DNA of 64,000 nt from Podarcis bocagei (Eukaryota), in assembly GCA_964188305.1 (NCBI GenBank), contig OZ076885.1. One strand, written 5' to 3'. The position numbers were made by a program, and so were the translations under genes. The notes under the pieces are model-generated. The model saw only the letters and a program-made list of their open reading frames with translations. It did not search any database and was not told the origin of the DNA. This document shows, piece after piece, positions 35,601 through 50,173 of the stretch (positions are counted from its first letter, which is position 1; each line of letters opens with the position of its first letter).

Positions 35601-36622
35601 GTAAATGTTGGTTAAATCATGAGACAGCATGAACAATCATTTCTTTGAAAAAGTTTAATAGCCTTCAATATTTCTAGCTACAATGACCCACCTTTAATGT
35701 TTTATCTTTACTCGTCGTCTTTCTTCTTCCCTCTCATCACCCACTAAAATGATCGTGGCAGCATTGATACAAACAACTTTAGTCAAAGCACAACTCAGTT
35801 TCAAGCCACAATTTAGGGGCTGAAAAACAATGTCATTCCCACACTAGACATTTAGTGCTATACTTCGTTCACTCCCTTTTTAATGGGGCATCTCCATAAC
35901 TTAGAATTAAATCAGAGCCATCCTGTGTTACCCCTCTCATCTTTTTTTCAGACTGAAGAAAATCTAACTTTTTCATTGAGCTACTAATATCTTCAGGTGT
36001 GGTTCACCTTAGCACTAGAGTACCCAATGTGGTAACTGCCCCCCACCCCGAAATCAAGGCCTGCTGCCCCTTCCTCTTTCCTTCTTTCAGGTCTTTGGTT
36101 ACCTGGTAGGGGATGCATACTTTTTTTTGTCACCCCCCCCCCAGTGTAGTTAGTGGGTGGCTCACTAGACCAGACGGATGGGAGGTTGTCTGCTATTTAT
36201 GGGATTGCAATTCTTCTAAAGGAGTGGGTATGCAACTTGGGGGATACTTCTGGGTCCATTGCTGTCACTTGAGGCTCAAGTGGCCTTGTGGGCAGGGAGT
36301 GCTTTCCATCAGACCAAGGGTCATAGACCCAATAATTGACAGGTGGCAAATCTCTGAGGATTCAGACTCTCTAAGAATTTCTAGACCTATTGCTGGGATC
36401 ATTTTACATGGAAATGCAAGGAGCTGAATACAGAAGCTTCTACATGAAAACATATGGAGCTATGGTCCTCCTTTAGCATCTCATTCACTGCATGTCAAGC
36501 TATGCCTAATGACACTTTCCGACTGTCACTATTTTTTGAGCTATAGTCCTGCTAAGGCCTTTGATCACAGGAAAAAAGAATGAAGTGAATTGATGAGTTA
36601 CACAACAAAGTCCATCATAGTT

Positions 36623-36970
36623 TAACAACAACAACAACAACAATTTATTATTTATACCCTGCCCATCTGGCTGGGTTTCCCCAGGCACTCTGGGTGGCTT
36701 CCAACAAAACACTAAATTACAATAACCTATTAAACATTAAAAGCTTCCCTAAACAGGGCTGCCTTCAGATGTCTTCTAAATGTTTGGTAGTTATTTTTCT
36801 CTTTGACATCTGGTGGGAGGGCATTCCACAGGGCGGTTGCCACTACTGAGAAGGCCCTCCACCTGGTTCCCTGTAGCTTGGCTTCTCGCAGTGAGGGAAC
36901 TGCCAGAAGGCCCTCGGCGCTGGACCTCAGTGTCTGGGCAGAACGATGGAGGTGGAGACGCTCCTTCAGG
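36623..36970 (-). mobile_element. L2 3' end with (AAC)n tail
   Basis: Same family as 1298-1552; ctgagaaggccctc...gtgagggaactgccagaaggccctcgg. Confidence 0.82.
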
Positions 36971-37598
36971 TAATGACTTCATCTTGCCCTCCTGGAACTT
37001 TGCCCTCTTGGGACTTTGCATCCCATGCTGGAATATGACAATGCTGAGTTCACATTTCCCTTTTCACTGGAGTCATTTGGATTTCACAGAGTCCTTTTCT
37101 TTCACCGTGGTCTGTGGGAGTCATGTGAATGAGATTAGAAAACCTCACTCCAAAGCTATGCAGTGTGTGTGTGTGTGTTATTTCACATTCTGTAGCGTAA
37201 GAGCGCAAAGAAATGGCAGTGTAATGGCCTTTGTGTCGTTGCCAATTGTTACGGAGGCATCCCCTCCCCACCCCCCGGTTTCACACTGTAATTCCCTGTG
37301 TAGAAAGTCTCAGGCAGCAGACTCCACAACTGGAAAATGTGGGCCTCGGTGCCAAGAACGTTATCCGAGAATAAGAGTGCATGAAATTCGGCATAGTATG
37401 GATTCCATATTACCCCCTTGAACCAATAGCCTCTGCCGCATTCATAATATACGTGCTGTCATGGAGCCATGAGGCTGTGCAGGGATTGAGAAGCATAGTA
37501 TGGCTTTCATCCAGCTGCTACCTTAAAGATGGCTTTTTGCGGCAGGCAGCTGGGCCTCTTAGACACTTCAGCTGCTATTAAAATAGATAAAGCACTCT

Positions 37599-37600
<2 letters not shown>

Positions 37601-37644
<44 letters not shown>
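37601..37644. repeat. (AT)n microsatellite
   Basis: Direct observation. Confidence 0.95.
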
Positions 37645-37648
<4 letters not shown>

Positions 37649-40364
37649 AGGTAGGTGTGGGCTGATACAAAAAGTGAAACAGCTGCCAGAGGAACTGTGC
37701 TGGAGACAGCAGCCAGGCTGCAGCTGAGTGAGGGGGCGGCTGTCAGTGTATGAGAAGGCCAGAGCAGGGAGAGAATATTACAAGTCAGTATTTTCATAAG
37801 CTTGAAGGAGTATGGGTGATTTCTGCATACTGTGTCAGGGCTGAAAAAATTCTCCCTGAGAAATACCCTGTTAGTCACTGGCTTTTCTATATCCCTGCCC
37901 CCCAATCAATTAAAGCACTACCGCTGAACCTCCTGAAAGCATTCCTTAAAAACAGTAATGGAAGTTCTCTGTGTATGGCCAAGTCACACAGCTTTGGATG
38001 CAAAATAATAAGCTATTAGGCATGCACATTGGATCTCATTGATGGGTATCCGCTCCTCATTGATGAGTAGGCCAAGGAGGAGATGTCTTTTAATTATATG
38101 GGGAAAGAAACGCACAGTGAGATTTACTGGGATGAATCAAGACGACAGGCTCCCATGCTGGAGGTTATGTGATTCAGCACATAAACAGAAAGGGTGTGGG
38201 AAGCAGAGCTTGGGAAAATGAGATGTGAAATTGCACAAATTTGGGAATCAGCAGTGTCAGTGAACTCAAGAGCCCTTCAATCTGACATTTCATGTACCTG
38301 GCATCAGAAAAAAGGAACCACACAGTATATGTGACTAGAGGTATCTGTTATGGTGAATCAGGGCACCTGGTACCCCCAAAACAGTTCCATCGGAAATCAA
38401 TGCAGTGATAATTAAAGCATTGCCTCAGTGGGACCAGGGCAAAGCCTAGTCTCAAATCCTGGAGGACTATCTCCAGTCAGTGTAGACACACTAAAATAGA
38501 TGGACCAATGGTCTGACTCTGTGTAGCCCATCTAGGAGAAGGAAAACTGTGATCCTAAACCTCCTCTGCAGGAGAAGAAAAGGCCAAGCAGTAAACCCTA
38601 CACAAATCTGGAGTGGAGATGGCACCTTGTACACCTCCTTCTGGTCAACGTCCTGTGTTCTGTGATACCTATGACACAGTTCTTTGGAGACAAGGATTGC
38701 TGACATGAGCGTTTACCATATAATCAGGCCAACCATGTGGGAAGCTGGCGTGTACCTCAGTGGCGTGTGACTGAAGTCAAATGGAATTTATTTTCATGGC
38801 AAGTCAGCTGTAGTGTTGACATGATATTTGAATAGATCTTTATTGTTTCTAAATGCTGTGGTTGAGCTTTCAAGCGGCAGCGTTTTTAATATAGGTGTTC
38901 AGAACCAAAATATAAATAGGCGTTAGATGCTCAAGCTGCTATTTACCTTAACCAAATTGTTGTTTTCAGAACGAAGAAACACAATTATTAATATTTTCAA
39001 AGTGAATGTTAATTGGATTTAAAGACATAGCAATCTCTTAGGAGACAAACTAGCAAAAAAGGAGCATTGCCTTGAGAAGTATAAAACTTCTAAGGCATTA
39101 TATTTCCTTGCAAAAGCAAAAATTAAATTAGCAAAACATAGGATTTTCTCTTCCTTATTTGTCAATAAGCGTTCATGTGGTTTTGAACAGAAACAAAAGG
39201 TTGAGCTTTTCTAATGATTGCATTTGGTGAGTTTCTGCTTGTCGTAGAACAGTTCAAAGGTACTGCTGGAGGGTAAAGTGGCAATTCCGGGGAAACTGAA
39301 CATTCATTTTGCAAGAGTTGAAATCATGTTGACGATGTTCCCTAGAGGGTCAGAAGACCTGGTCTTTTGCCCTCTTGAAGACAGTGTTATCTTCAAAGTT
39401 GTGGAGGGCTTTGGTGACACTCATATTTCATCTTCGCAGTGACTCACTTGGAGTGACTAATGCTATAAGGTACTGGTGATGTCAGTCAGATAAGCACCAT
39501 CTGGCATTAAGTGTGGTCATGTATGGCTCTACCTTTGATTGCAAAGGAGAGAAAAATAGGCTTCCTTTGCATATTTCCTTTCTTGCTGACATGCTTTCAG
39601 AGGCCAGGACAGCGTAGGGGTGCATCATTATCCCCTTCTCAAACTGATGGAATGCAAGAAAGTGTACTGGTCCTGTCAAACTCAATTTGAGCACGACTGC
39701 CTCCATAGTAGAAAGCACTGGGAATAGTCTCCATCGCAGCATCAGTATGCAAAGTTCCCGATAGCAAGACTATAAGGGTCCCATTGTGAACAATCTGGGA
39801 CAACTGGGGAACTGGGAGTTCACATTAGGGGCATGAAATTTCCATGAGTCATGTGGCACACGTTTGGTTTTGTCTGCAGACATGCCTGGAGCTGCTTCTC
39901 TAGATAGACATTAAGGAATATTTTGCAATTACAAGCCCCCTTGATAAGTACATTCATGCAAGAGTTGTGTTTTTTCATGTCACTGGTGTCCAAAGTTTTT
40001 AGGCCAGACACCACGATGCCTTTTTTCGTAACTCAGAGTTCTCAGTACTGGGAAGCACCAATCCCTAACACCTTCTATCACAGAATGCTGATGTAAACCT
40101 TCTGAAACATCTGGTGTGTTTGGAACTGTTTGGAAACCACTGCCCTATGCTGCTATTCTGCCCTTTTGTTTGGCCAATTTACACATTAGAGCTGCCACAT
40201 GAAATTTTTAATTTGTTGAATTTGGCTATTTATTATTATGAATAATAATTTATTATTTTATTATCTATCATGTTAATTGCATTCTAATTCTAATTCTAAT
40301 ACTATCACCAACTGTCTGGGTGCTGGTATGAGTCATGCAGCTGGGCTGATTTGCTACATTTGCT

Positions 40365-40540
40365 ACAGGCAGAGGGCCTTGTGGGTGGTGGCCCTGCCCT
40401 GTGGAACGCCCTCTCATCAGATGTCAAGGAAATAAACAACTATCTGACTTTTAGAAGACATCTGAAGGCAACCCTGTTTAGGGAAGTTTTTAATGTCTGA
40501 TGTTTTATTGTATTTTTAATATTTTGTTGGAAGCCGCCTT
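40365..40540 (+). mobile_element. L2 3' fragment
   Basis: aggcagagggcctt..ctgtggaacgccctctcatcagatgtcaaggaaataaacaactatctgacttttagaagacatctgaagg. Confidence 0.8.
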
Positions 40541-40669
40541 TCTTTTCTTTTCTTTTTTTGGTAACTTGCAGTAGTGTGGGGAAAAAAGGCCTCAACTACA
40601 TGGCAAACTAATGCACCCAGATGGGGTGGATTAAAGCACCTTCCATATGAAGTGTATTGGATCTCCAGG

Positions 40670-40870
40670 GGAGGGACCACAGCTCTGAATCTTACAAGCA
40701 GAAGGTCCCACATTTAATCCCAGTCTTCCCCCATGTTATTTTTTAAAGGTTCAGGTAGCAGGTAATGTGAAAGAAGTGCCTAAGGCCTTGGAAAAGCATT
40801 GCTAGTTGTAAATCACAGGAGACAATACTGAGCTAGATGAACTAGTCAGATCTGATACAAAGCAGGCGGT
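40670..40870 (+). mobile_element. Squam3-like tRNA SINE (degenerate); further copies ~16445-16850, ~36340-36470, ~38440-38530, ~46760-47060, ~60175-60310
   Basis: gcagaaggtccca...aggccttggaaaagcattgct...gacaatactgagctagatg motifs. Confidence 0.55.
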
Positions 40871-40949
40871 TACAGTGGCTGAACCGGTAGCATGTAGACT
40901 GATCCTTAAAGCCTTGATTGTTCACTGTTTCTAAAACTTTGATAATTAA

Positions 40950-41307
40950 GACGCGGGTGGCGCTGTGGGCTAAAGCCTCAGCGCCTAGGGCTTGCCGATC
41001 GAAAGGTCGGCGGTTCGAATCCCCGCAGCGGGGTGCGCTCCCGCTGCTCGGTCCCAGCGCCTGCCAACCTAGCAGTTCGAAAGCACCCCCGGGTGCAAGT
41101 AGATAAATAGGTACCGCTTACCAGCGGGAAGGTAAACGGCGTTCCGTGTGCTGCGCTGGCTCGCCAGATGCAGCTTTGTCACGCTGGCCACGTGACCCGG
41201 AAATGTCTCCGGACAGCGCTGGCCCCCGGCCAATAGATGTGAGATGGGCGCACAAACCCCAGAGTCTGTCAAGACTGGCCCGTTCGGGCAGGGGTACCTT
41301 TACCTTT
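40950..41307 (+). mobile_element. Sauria SINE (Squam1) copy A
   Basis: gacgcgggtggcgctgtggg head, B box ggttcgaatcc, body ctagcagttcgaaagcac..agtagataaatagg, (ACCTTT)n tail. Confidence 0.92.
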
Positions 41308-41319
41308 AAATATCACAAG

Positions 41320-41683
41320 GGGGACGCGGGTGGAGCTGTGGGTTAAACCTCAGCGCCTAGGGCTTGCCGATCGCATGGTCGGCGGTTCAGATCCCCGTGG
41401 CGGGGTGAGCTCCCGTCTTTCGGTCCCAGCTCCTGCCCACCTAGCAGTTCGAAAGCACTTCTAAGTAGATAAATAGGGACCGCTTTATAGTGGGAAGGTA
41501 AACGGCGTTTCCGTGTGCTGCGCTGGTGCCGGCTCGCCAGAGCAGCTTCGTCACGCTGGCCACGTGACCCGGAAGTGTCTCCGGACAGCACTGGCCCCCG
41601 GCCTCTTAAGTGAGATGGGCGCACAACCCTAGAGTCGGACACGACTGGCCCATACGGGCAGGGGTACCTTTACCTTTACCTTT
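41320..41683 (+). mobile_element. Sauria SINE (Squam1) copy B
   Basis: Full-length head, body and (ACCTTT)3 tail; TSD AAATATCACAAG (41308-41319, 41684-41695). Confidence 0.92.
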
Positions 41684-44171
41684 AAATATCACAAGAACAG
41701 GCTACTGGCAAGATGTTGTCCCTTGCTGAAAGAGCTGCACTGGTTGCTGATCTGCTACTGGGTAAAGTTATTGTGTTAATTCACAAAGCCTGAAATAACA
41801 AGACCTCAAACTCCTTGAAGAATGGCCTGATTCCTTATGGTCCACCTTGATCACTGAAATTCACCCTCCCCGAAACAGCCTAGGAACCGAAATGCAGCTA
41901 CCCTTCAAAGTTTACACATCTCTAAATTTTGCAGTGCAGTTATGTAGCCAGGTAATGTGCACAGAAATGCACATTGCAGGGCAAAGTGTGCATATAAATC
42001 AAGATATTAGTGAAAGTCACATAAAAAAATGCATTATATTAGGGGGAATTGCTTGCAAAGATACGTCTATCAAGAAGAATGTGCACAAAAATCCTGATGA
42101 ATTTTCCTGAGAACTCTTTTTTTAAAAAAATGCAAACTGATGTAGAAATGTGGAGAACTGAATTTAAGACTGGAAAAAATAAATAATTGAGAGAAACCGA
42201 AATTGACAGATTCACCCATCCCTTATGGAGATGGGGCCCTCCATTTCAGCAGCATCCCACTTGCTTGAGGAAAGTTGAAAACTTTCATGGGACTTACTAA
42301 TAACTAAGATAGGTTCAGGGCTGAGGATGTGGGATAGCTAAGTGGCTGACATTTCAGTTTAGCTATTCAACTCTTAATAGGGCTCTTTGGTTCACTAACA
42401 TGAAAATAATTGCAAAACATAGCCCAGGAATGTCCCTTCCCAGCGCTTCTCAACCCTACCAAAAAGCAGCAAATAATACCTCTGTGTATGAATTTTTAGA
42501 ACCATTAAAACAGCATAAAGAAAATGTAATCATTCCAACCTGGATGAGGATTTAACAGTAGAGTGGATACGGAGGAATATAGCGATCATTTCTGAAGGGC
42601 CTGATTCCATTTTTTCCTTGCCTGTGAAACCTACCTGTGGGACGCCATGTGGTATTTGCATTATGACTAAATTTATATTCCAGCAGATTTAAGAGACAGG
42701 GAGATTCAGTGACAGTTATGTTAATAAATGCTGGGGATTTGTATAGTAGTAAATGGCTGGTTCTACCCATGTTATGGCTAATGACCTACTGCCCCCAAAA
42801 CTGCAGGTTTATTATTATAGCAAGTGTGATTCTGTAAAAAAGTGATTCATATTGCAGGAGTCCATTTTGTAATTTTCTCCCAGTGGCTTGGATTTCATCT
42901 CCTTGCTCTCCAGGCCATATTTTACTTCTCCTGACAGATAGTTAATTTGAGAATTTCGCAGCTGTACAAACAAATTTAAAACGCCGAGGCATGTGTGGTA
43001 TGCACAGAACCCACGTTAGCTTGGAATTATTAAAGCAACTTTTTTCAGATTTAAAGTAAACTCATATAACACGTGTGTTAATAGTTATCAGCATAATATT
43101 CAGGGCATTCTTCCAGCTCTCTCTGAAGAGGGATTGCCATTCTGGTGTGACTACGAATGGGTAATATTGGGCTCTGAAATAAAAGCATATCAAACAGAAG
43201 ATGGGACAGTTTTGTATCTGTCAAAATGGGTATTTAAGAGCAGTTTTAATATGTAGGCACTCAAATGGTACAGTCCTCTCAGATGACAGTCTCATCTCAG
43301 AGGCATGGGAGGACAGTAGTGATTGGAAGGGCAGAACTGCTTATCTGACCTCCATTATTGCTGTTGCTGTGGTGTAGCAACAAGGGTGGGGAGGTGAGAT
43401 GTCAAGGTTGGCATGGCGCAAACACACTGGCAGAAACAATCTGGTGTATATGCTAGTGGTTTGCACCATGCTGACCTTGCCATTCATTACCTTGCCTCCT
43501 CCTCACCCTCTTGTTCCACCACAGTGACGGGAGATCAGGTGAGTAGCCCTGCCCCACCAACCACTACTGTGTGATGATGAGATCGTGGATGCAATGTGAA
43601 CAGGGGGTGCAAAGAGAGAACCAAATATGCCCTGAATGAGGACTGGCACCAATGAGTGGCCCTGTGTATGCATACAAACACCGGAAAGCATATTCAGCCA
43701 GTGAATACAACTAGGAGAGGAGGACAAAATTGTAGACAGGTGACACTGGAACTGTAGCTGTCAGCAGCAGTACTTTCCAAGGCCCAGAGCTGTTTTTAAC
43801 TAGCTGTGGTGTCGATTTTTGTGGAGAGAGAAAAGGGCATACATCTGCAGGGTGTCCCAGGAACAGAAATTAATATAGTTGGGTATACATTTATTTTTTA
43901 ATGCTCTTTCACATCCAAAAAATCTTCCTCCATGTAATAAATCTATGCTGTAAGGAACAAGCTAAGCCAGAACCCTTTTACCTCCTCAACATGGAGGGAT
44001 ATTAATTTTTTTGGAATACTTCAAATGGGCAACCTGCCAGTATTGTGGGCAGATTTAGTCACATTAAAGGAGTGCTACCAAGAGTGTCTGAAAGTTTGAA
44101 TTGGTGCTCCATTCTCAACTTGAATTCAATTTAGATTGTACTTAATAATAGCCCTGCAGCATAGGCTCTTG

Positions 44172-44362
44172 CACTGCTGGGGAGGAAGAGGAGTGCTGGG
44201 GGAGTGCACCGCCCCCGGCAGCGTGAACCCCAGGGTGCCATCGCAGCTGCCCCCGGTGGTGCGCCCTGCCCCCAGGACATGCCCCTTGCCCCCGGGACAC
44301 GTGCCAGCCCCACCCCCGCCTGCTCTCCGCCCCCGGTGCCGGAGCATGAAGCTCCGCCACTG
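44172..44362. mobile_element. GC-rich hAT MITE
   Basis: Perfect TSD GGCTCTTG (44164-44171, 44363-44370); right TIR gctccgccactg; left TIR degenerate. Confidence 0.75.
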
Positions 44363-44988
44363 GGCTCTTGACTGGCATACAAATTTTCTCTAGGAAAGTT
44401 TCAGCCACACATTTCATAGGTGTAGGTGAAAAAGAAGTTACATGGCCTGCAATCACCATTCAAAAGCCTGGCCACCACATTTTGGACCAATTGAACATAC
44501 AAGTGTCCGATTTGATGTCACTTTTGTCATGGGAGCTCAGCAGGCTTCAATGAACGTGGGCTTGGATCTGCAATATGCGCACAGAAAATAATGCATTTGA
44601 GCATGTGCTTTCTTGCATGGCTGAGTAAAAACTAGCCCTCCTCAAAAGAGATTTGCTGATGAAGTTGCATATCTGGATATGAATGCACACTGCAATACTC
44701 ATCAAGTTCCTACTGACTTCAAGAGATCTATCTGACGTAGAACGGATCTGTATCAAAAACAAAGCATAACTAGACTTGGATCAGGGCCAGTATTTACATT
44801 TTGGCTCATATTGTCTGAGAAAGTATAATCCATGCTTCACTTACCTCCTGACTGGATTAATGTCCTTTATGTGAAGCTGCCTTTGAAGAGAGTCCAGAAG
44901 CGTCAACTGGTCCAGAATGTGGTGGCCAGACTTCTGTCTGTTCTTGTTTTTAATATCAGCTCTGTTGGCTTCCTGGTTTAATCCAAAG

Positions 44989-45230
44989 TGAAGAAGAAGA
45001 AGAAGAGTTTGGATTTGATATCCCGCCTTTCACTCCCTTTAAGAAGTCTCAAAGCGGCTAACAGTCTCCTTTCCCTTCCTCCCCCACAACAAGCACTCTG
45101 TGAGGTGAGTGGGGCTGAGAGAAGTGTGACTGGCCCAAGGTCACCCAGCAGCTGCATGTGGAGGAGCGGAGACGCGAACCCGGTTATCCAGATTACGAGA
45201 GTACCGCTCTTAACCACTACACCACACTGG
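44989..45230 (-). mobile_element. Young tRNA-derived SINE (Squam2/MIR-like) with (CTT)n tail, inside an L2 remnant (~44870-45870)
   Basis: Reverse strand gccagtgtggtgtagtggttaagagcggt...ccgggttcgcgtctcc...gggtgaccttgggccagtcac; the flanking L2 reads PLKRVQKRQLVQNVVARLL. Confidence 0.8.
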
Positions 45231-45269
45231 CTGGTGGTTCTACCATTTAAATACTTAAATGGCTTAGGA

Positions 45270-45655
45270 TAAGAATATAAGAAAAGCCCTGCTGGATCAG
45301 GGCTCCCCCATATGCCTATGAGGAGCCCCCCAAAAGCACCTGAGCACAACAGTGCTCCCTTCACTTAAAATTCCCTGAAACTGTTATGTAAAAGGCATAC
45401 TGTCTCTGGCAGTAGAGGTACAACATAGTCATCTAAAGCCTTATCCAAAATGAATTTGTCTAATCTTTTCTAAAGCCATCCGAGCTGGTGGCCATCACTG
45501 CATCTTGTGGCAGCGAATTAAACTGTGCTGCATGAAGAGGTACTGCCTTCCGTCTGTTGTGAATCTCTCAACATTTAGATTCATTGGATGGCTTCAAATG
45601 AGAAAAATGAGAAAAACTTCTCCATATGCACTCTCTCCACACCATGTATAATTTA
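45270..45655 (-). mobile_element. CR1 3' fragment
   Basis: taagaatataagaaaagccctgctggatcag end; atgaatttgtctaatc..aaagccatcc..gtggccatcactgcatc; same family as 20755-21450. Confidence 0.65.
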
Positions 45656-47379
45656 TCAGATTACCTTAGGGACCCCTTGCTCCCAAATGAACCAGTCCTG
45701 GGCTGAAATCATTGTGGGATGCCTTGTTCCCAGTGCAAGAGAGCATGGCCTTTTATGTGATGGTCCTGGAACTCTGGAATGCATTCCCAAGTCAGGTGCA
45801 TCAGGATTAAGACTTCCTCTTTGTACATCTTTAAGATACCACGAGCACCTTTATTTTGATGGGCTTTTAATGTGCAGTTCATAGTTTCATTGCTCCCTCT
45901 TTTGATGTGTTAGATCCTTTGCCTTTCCTTGGCTATACGGTCAGTTTTTAGAAACTGCCGTTTGTTATACTTGAAGTGTTATGATTATATTGCATGGCTT
46001 AACAATTATGCTGCTCTGGGGCATTTAACTGATAGATATACTCAGTTTATACTAAAGGGAATTTTTAAATGTAACTCATCTGTGCTGTTTTGTGTTACTG
46101 GACTTTGTTTTGGTAGGTTTTTATTTATTATATTTTTAGGGTGGAGTAAACCACGTGTCGATTTTTCTTTGAAATATGCAGTGTGTATATTACTTAAATG
46201 AATGAATGAATTTCATTTAATGTTACAATAATAGATCCTTAAAGACAGCATTATACATTGACAAACACATCAAACTAGAGAGTTTCTTGAACTTTTCGTT
46301 CTTAGCACTATCATGAAAGCCTTGTCTCTTTCGCCTTTCTCAGAAGCATTGAGCATAAGCATGGTAGATCTTGTATACTTTTTATTTCACTGCTTTGCTG
46401 CTAGTGTATGGTTTGAATTGGGAAGATGTAACCCTGTGTTAACATGTGTTAATCCATCTGGACAGGATTATTTTCACATGACTATAAAGCTGCTTGGGAG
46501 AGGATCACTAGTATCCTTGTCTGGGCTGTCAACAATATCTTACATCCATGTTTCAGAGAATCTAAAAAATCAGTACCTAATTTAGAGCAGGCAGAATGAA
46601 ATAGACTTCATCTGCAACAGCAACTAGGTCTTGCATCCAAGTAGCTAACTCTAGTTAGTGAGTGGCAGAAACCTGATAAGTGATAAGAAATGCACAAGTA
46701 CAAGGTAAGTGCTTTAAGTGGCGTATCAAACATCACTCCATGGTGCAGAACATGCAAAGAGAGAGGCACATGTAGCACACCCATTTTGCATGCAGAAGGA
46801 TCCAAGTTCAATCCATGTTATTGCCAGGTAAGGTAGGGAAAGAGCCTGCTCAAGATCCTGGAGATTTATTGCTATATTCCATATAGAGCCAGAGCAGCAA
46901 ACATGGTGCCCTCCAAATGTTTCTGGACTAGAGTTCCCATCATCCCAGACCATGGACCAGATCGGTTGATGCTGATGGGAATTATAATGGAACGCTCTAC
47001 AAAGGCTACTCCTGGTATAGACAGCACCAAGTAGACAGCTATATGGATTAATGGTCTGGCATGTATCTGGAGTGGCAGGGGTTTCGGGAGAGGAGCCTCT
47101 GACTATGAATATAGGTGATCCTGATCCTGTGATGGACTATCAAAGGAATGCAGCTTGGACATCAGACCAAACTGCTGAAAAGCCCCATAGAGGCCCCTTG
47201 TACATCCTGTAACAAAGCTCATTCTAATGTAACCTTGCAAACTGTAAACTTGCTCCTTTTGGATGTTCCCCATTGAGAACAGTTTGAACTTCAACTCATG
47301 AGCAGTTCCTCCACGGCACCTATGTCTTTCCTAGACTGAGTTGTACTTCTTTGGCTCTATTTCCTCAAGCACTGCTTCG

Positions 47380-47600
47380 GCACTTCCACCATATCATCTG
47401 ATGAAAAACAATTAGAGTTGGGTTTCATGTGAGCATTGGTGACACCTCATTCCTGATCTCCTTAGATGACCTCACTCAGTAGCTTCATAGTAGATGTTGA
47501 GCAACAGGGGGACAAAATTGAACCATGTGGAATCCCACAGCATAAATGTATTAGGGCCAATTCAAAGTCTTCCCTTGACTTTTTGGAACTAACCATTCAT
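47380..47600 (-). mobile_element. L2 reverse-transcriptase fragment
   Basis: Reverse strand encodes GIPHGSILSPLLLNIY (RT motif). Confidence 0.6.
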
Positions 47601-50173
47601 GATTGCATGGGGGAAAGAATCACACTTATGCTATTTCCCCAATCCAGACTCTCACCCAGCCTAGATCCAGTCCCCTTTGCATGATTTCACCCTTCTTATG
47701 TGGTTCCCCCCTTCCCATGTTTTGAGAAGTGGGCAATACTGTCTGTGTCATGGGGAAGCAGCTCCACTGATACTGTTTTAAGAATTGCTAGTTTGTGATG
47801 ATGATGGGTGAAGTGTTACTTGGCCACAACCTATACCTTTGACCAAAGCTCTGTGCTAACTGATTCCAGGCTTTTGTGACTCTTCTATAGATACATAAGT
47901 AATATTGCTCCATGAAATCCTAGAAGTACTTCATTTTCTCCATGATTTATCACCTCACCATCTCAGACACTTGTGGAGTGGAATGATCTGTTCTATATTA
48001 AGAGGTAAAGAGAGATATATTGTTTTAATTGTCAATAGAAGGAGTTTGGATTCCCATTTGTACTAGAGACACGATAATACATCACTGTCATATTATTCCT
48101 TAAAAGTGCTTTAAAATCACTTGGATAGCTTTATAACTGCTTAGTGTGTTGTAATGGGAGATTGCATGGGAGCACAGGGAACCTACATTATTGGATGATG
48201 TTACAGCTTCTGGGCATAAATGCATGAGTATGGTTTGGTTTATGGAAATTCCTTTGAAATTATGCATGCCATTAAACAACTGATTAGTAGATGTTAGGAA
48301 CAGATGCACCTAGCTACATTAGCTCTGATGGGCTAGTGTAATTTTGAATTTTAATATTAAAAAAAACAGATATTGGGGAGAACTTAGGCTAGATAGAGCA
48401 CTCCAGAATGTTACCTTGATGAGGTTCACTTGCTTAGTTTTGCATTTATACTTGCGATACATTCAGGGCCAGTCCTACCATTAGGTTGAATGAGGCAATC
48501 ACCCACCCTCTGGATTTGGTATGGCAGACTCCCAAAAGGAACCTCTAGCATTGTGTGTACCTGCCTTGTGGCCCGTTCTAATCTGACTGATAGATGCTAA
48601 TCTTTTACAAGTCCGGGGGAAATAGATGAGTCTATGGGCCAAATCAGATGTGGATATCAGGGAATTCGTGATCAACATTCATTTCTCTCTATATAGGTAT
48701 GTAGGTTAATGCTCCCCCCCTTTCCTGTTTTTCTGATGAAAATCATCTTACCTCTGAAAGTGCTGCTTGCCCTGCTGGAGAAAACAGGAAAGTATGTTGG
48801 TGCCTCTCCCAACACAACAGTCCCAAGCAGATGAGCTGTACAAATCTACAACAGGATCAGAACAGAACCAAACTAGCCAGACAACAGGAGAGGGAGAAAG
48901 ACAATGGCTTCTTGTAGCATATGTGTTCATGCTTCAAATAATCACAGCTCTGTAGGCATGATGAGTGTGCGCAGAGAAGCTGACCTTCAGAATTTCAGAC
49001 ACCGAGTTAAGGCCAATTTGGAAATTTGGCTCTGTCTGTTAACATTCCAACATGTTTTTCAAATCATGGAGCCATTTTTATATATATATGTATTTTAAAA
49101 AACCCTTTATCCAGCTTTGAATTCCCAAAATCTCAGCAGCTTCTTTGTGGTTTCTGATTGGAAGAGTTACAGAAAAAAAAATTAGAATCTTTATCGCAGA
49201 GGCAAAAATGAAACTTTTTCAGAGGAGTGTCAAACTTAACTTCAGGAATTCATGAATGAAATCCCTTGTGAACATTTTGGGTGACAGCATCAACATCTCT
49301 GAACATCTGTCAGTCTGAAAAATGACAGCAAAGGCAATATTAAATTTTTTAAAAGGAAATTCTTTCTTTAGATTATCTAAATTGCTATCCTGGGGTATTT
49401 GCTTGACACTTGGCTCATAAAAGGTAAAGCACCATTTGGAACTAATTTTGCAGAAGAGTTAAGGGGGAAATGGTACATTTTGAAGAATTGCATAGCATGA
49501 GGCTGACCATGAAGAAGCAGGGAGAGACAAGATAAGTTGAATATGACAACACATTCCATGTGGTCCTGACTGCTGCTTGGAATTTGCACGGATTTTTACA
49601 TTTATTACTCATATTGCAGTGTGGAGCTGTCTGCATTATTCTTTAATGGTCAGATGTTGATACTTTCCAAATAATGACCTTGTTTATTATTTGGGGAAGT
49701 TGGCATAACTGATGGTAGTTCTCTACCATGCATTCAAGTAGTCTTTCAAACTTTTCTGACTCAAGACCCCCACCTTTAACGCCAGATTGCAATATGAGAC
49801 CCTTTCATCTTTCTATCTTCTCCCTCTTTCCTCTACAATTTTCTATTTTTTTCCTTAGAATTTCATTCAAATGTTTTTAACAACTACAAACTCTGGTATA
49901 ACCCACCATAGATCAGGGAAGAAACCAGCGGAAGGTCACAATCCGTCAGTTTGAGACCAAAGGTTTACGGAAGGGAAGGGAACCTACTTACTGTACTTCT
50001 GCCACCATCTCTGACCACTGGTCATGCTGGCTGGGGCTGACGGGGGCTGGGGTCCAACACCACCCAGGCCACTTTTGCCATCCCTGGCTTACCGTAATAG
50101 GTCAAAGGGTTCTTGGTGTTTGTTTGAAAAGCGTGCACACTCTGCTTTCAAGGCTGAACTTGGTGATTTAGAG

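Noticed and set aside
36813-37421. 202-aa ORF
   Set aside because: Starts in antisense L2 sequence and crosses a (GT)n tract; no recognisable protein.
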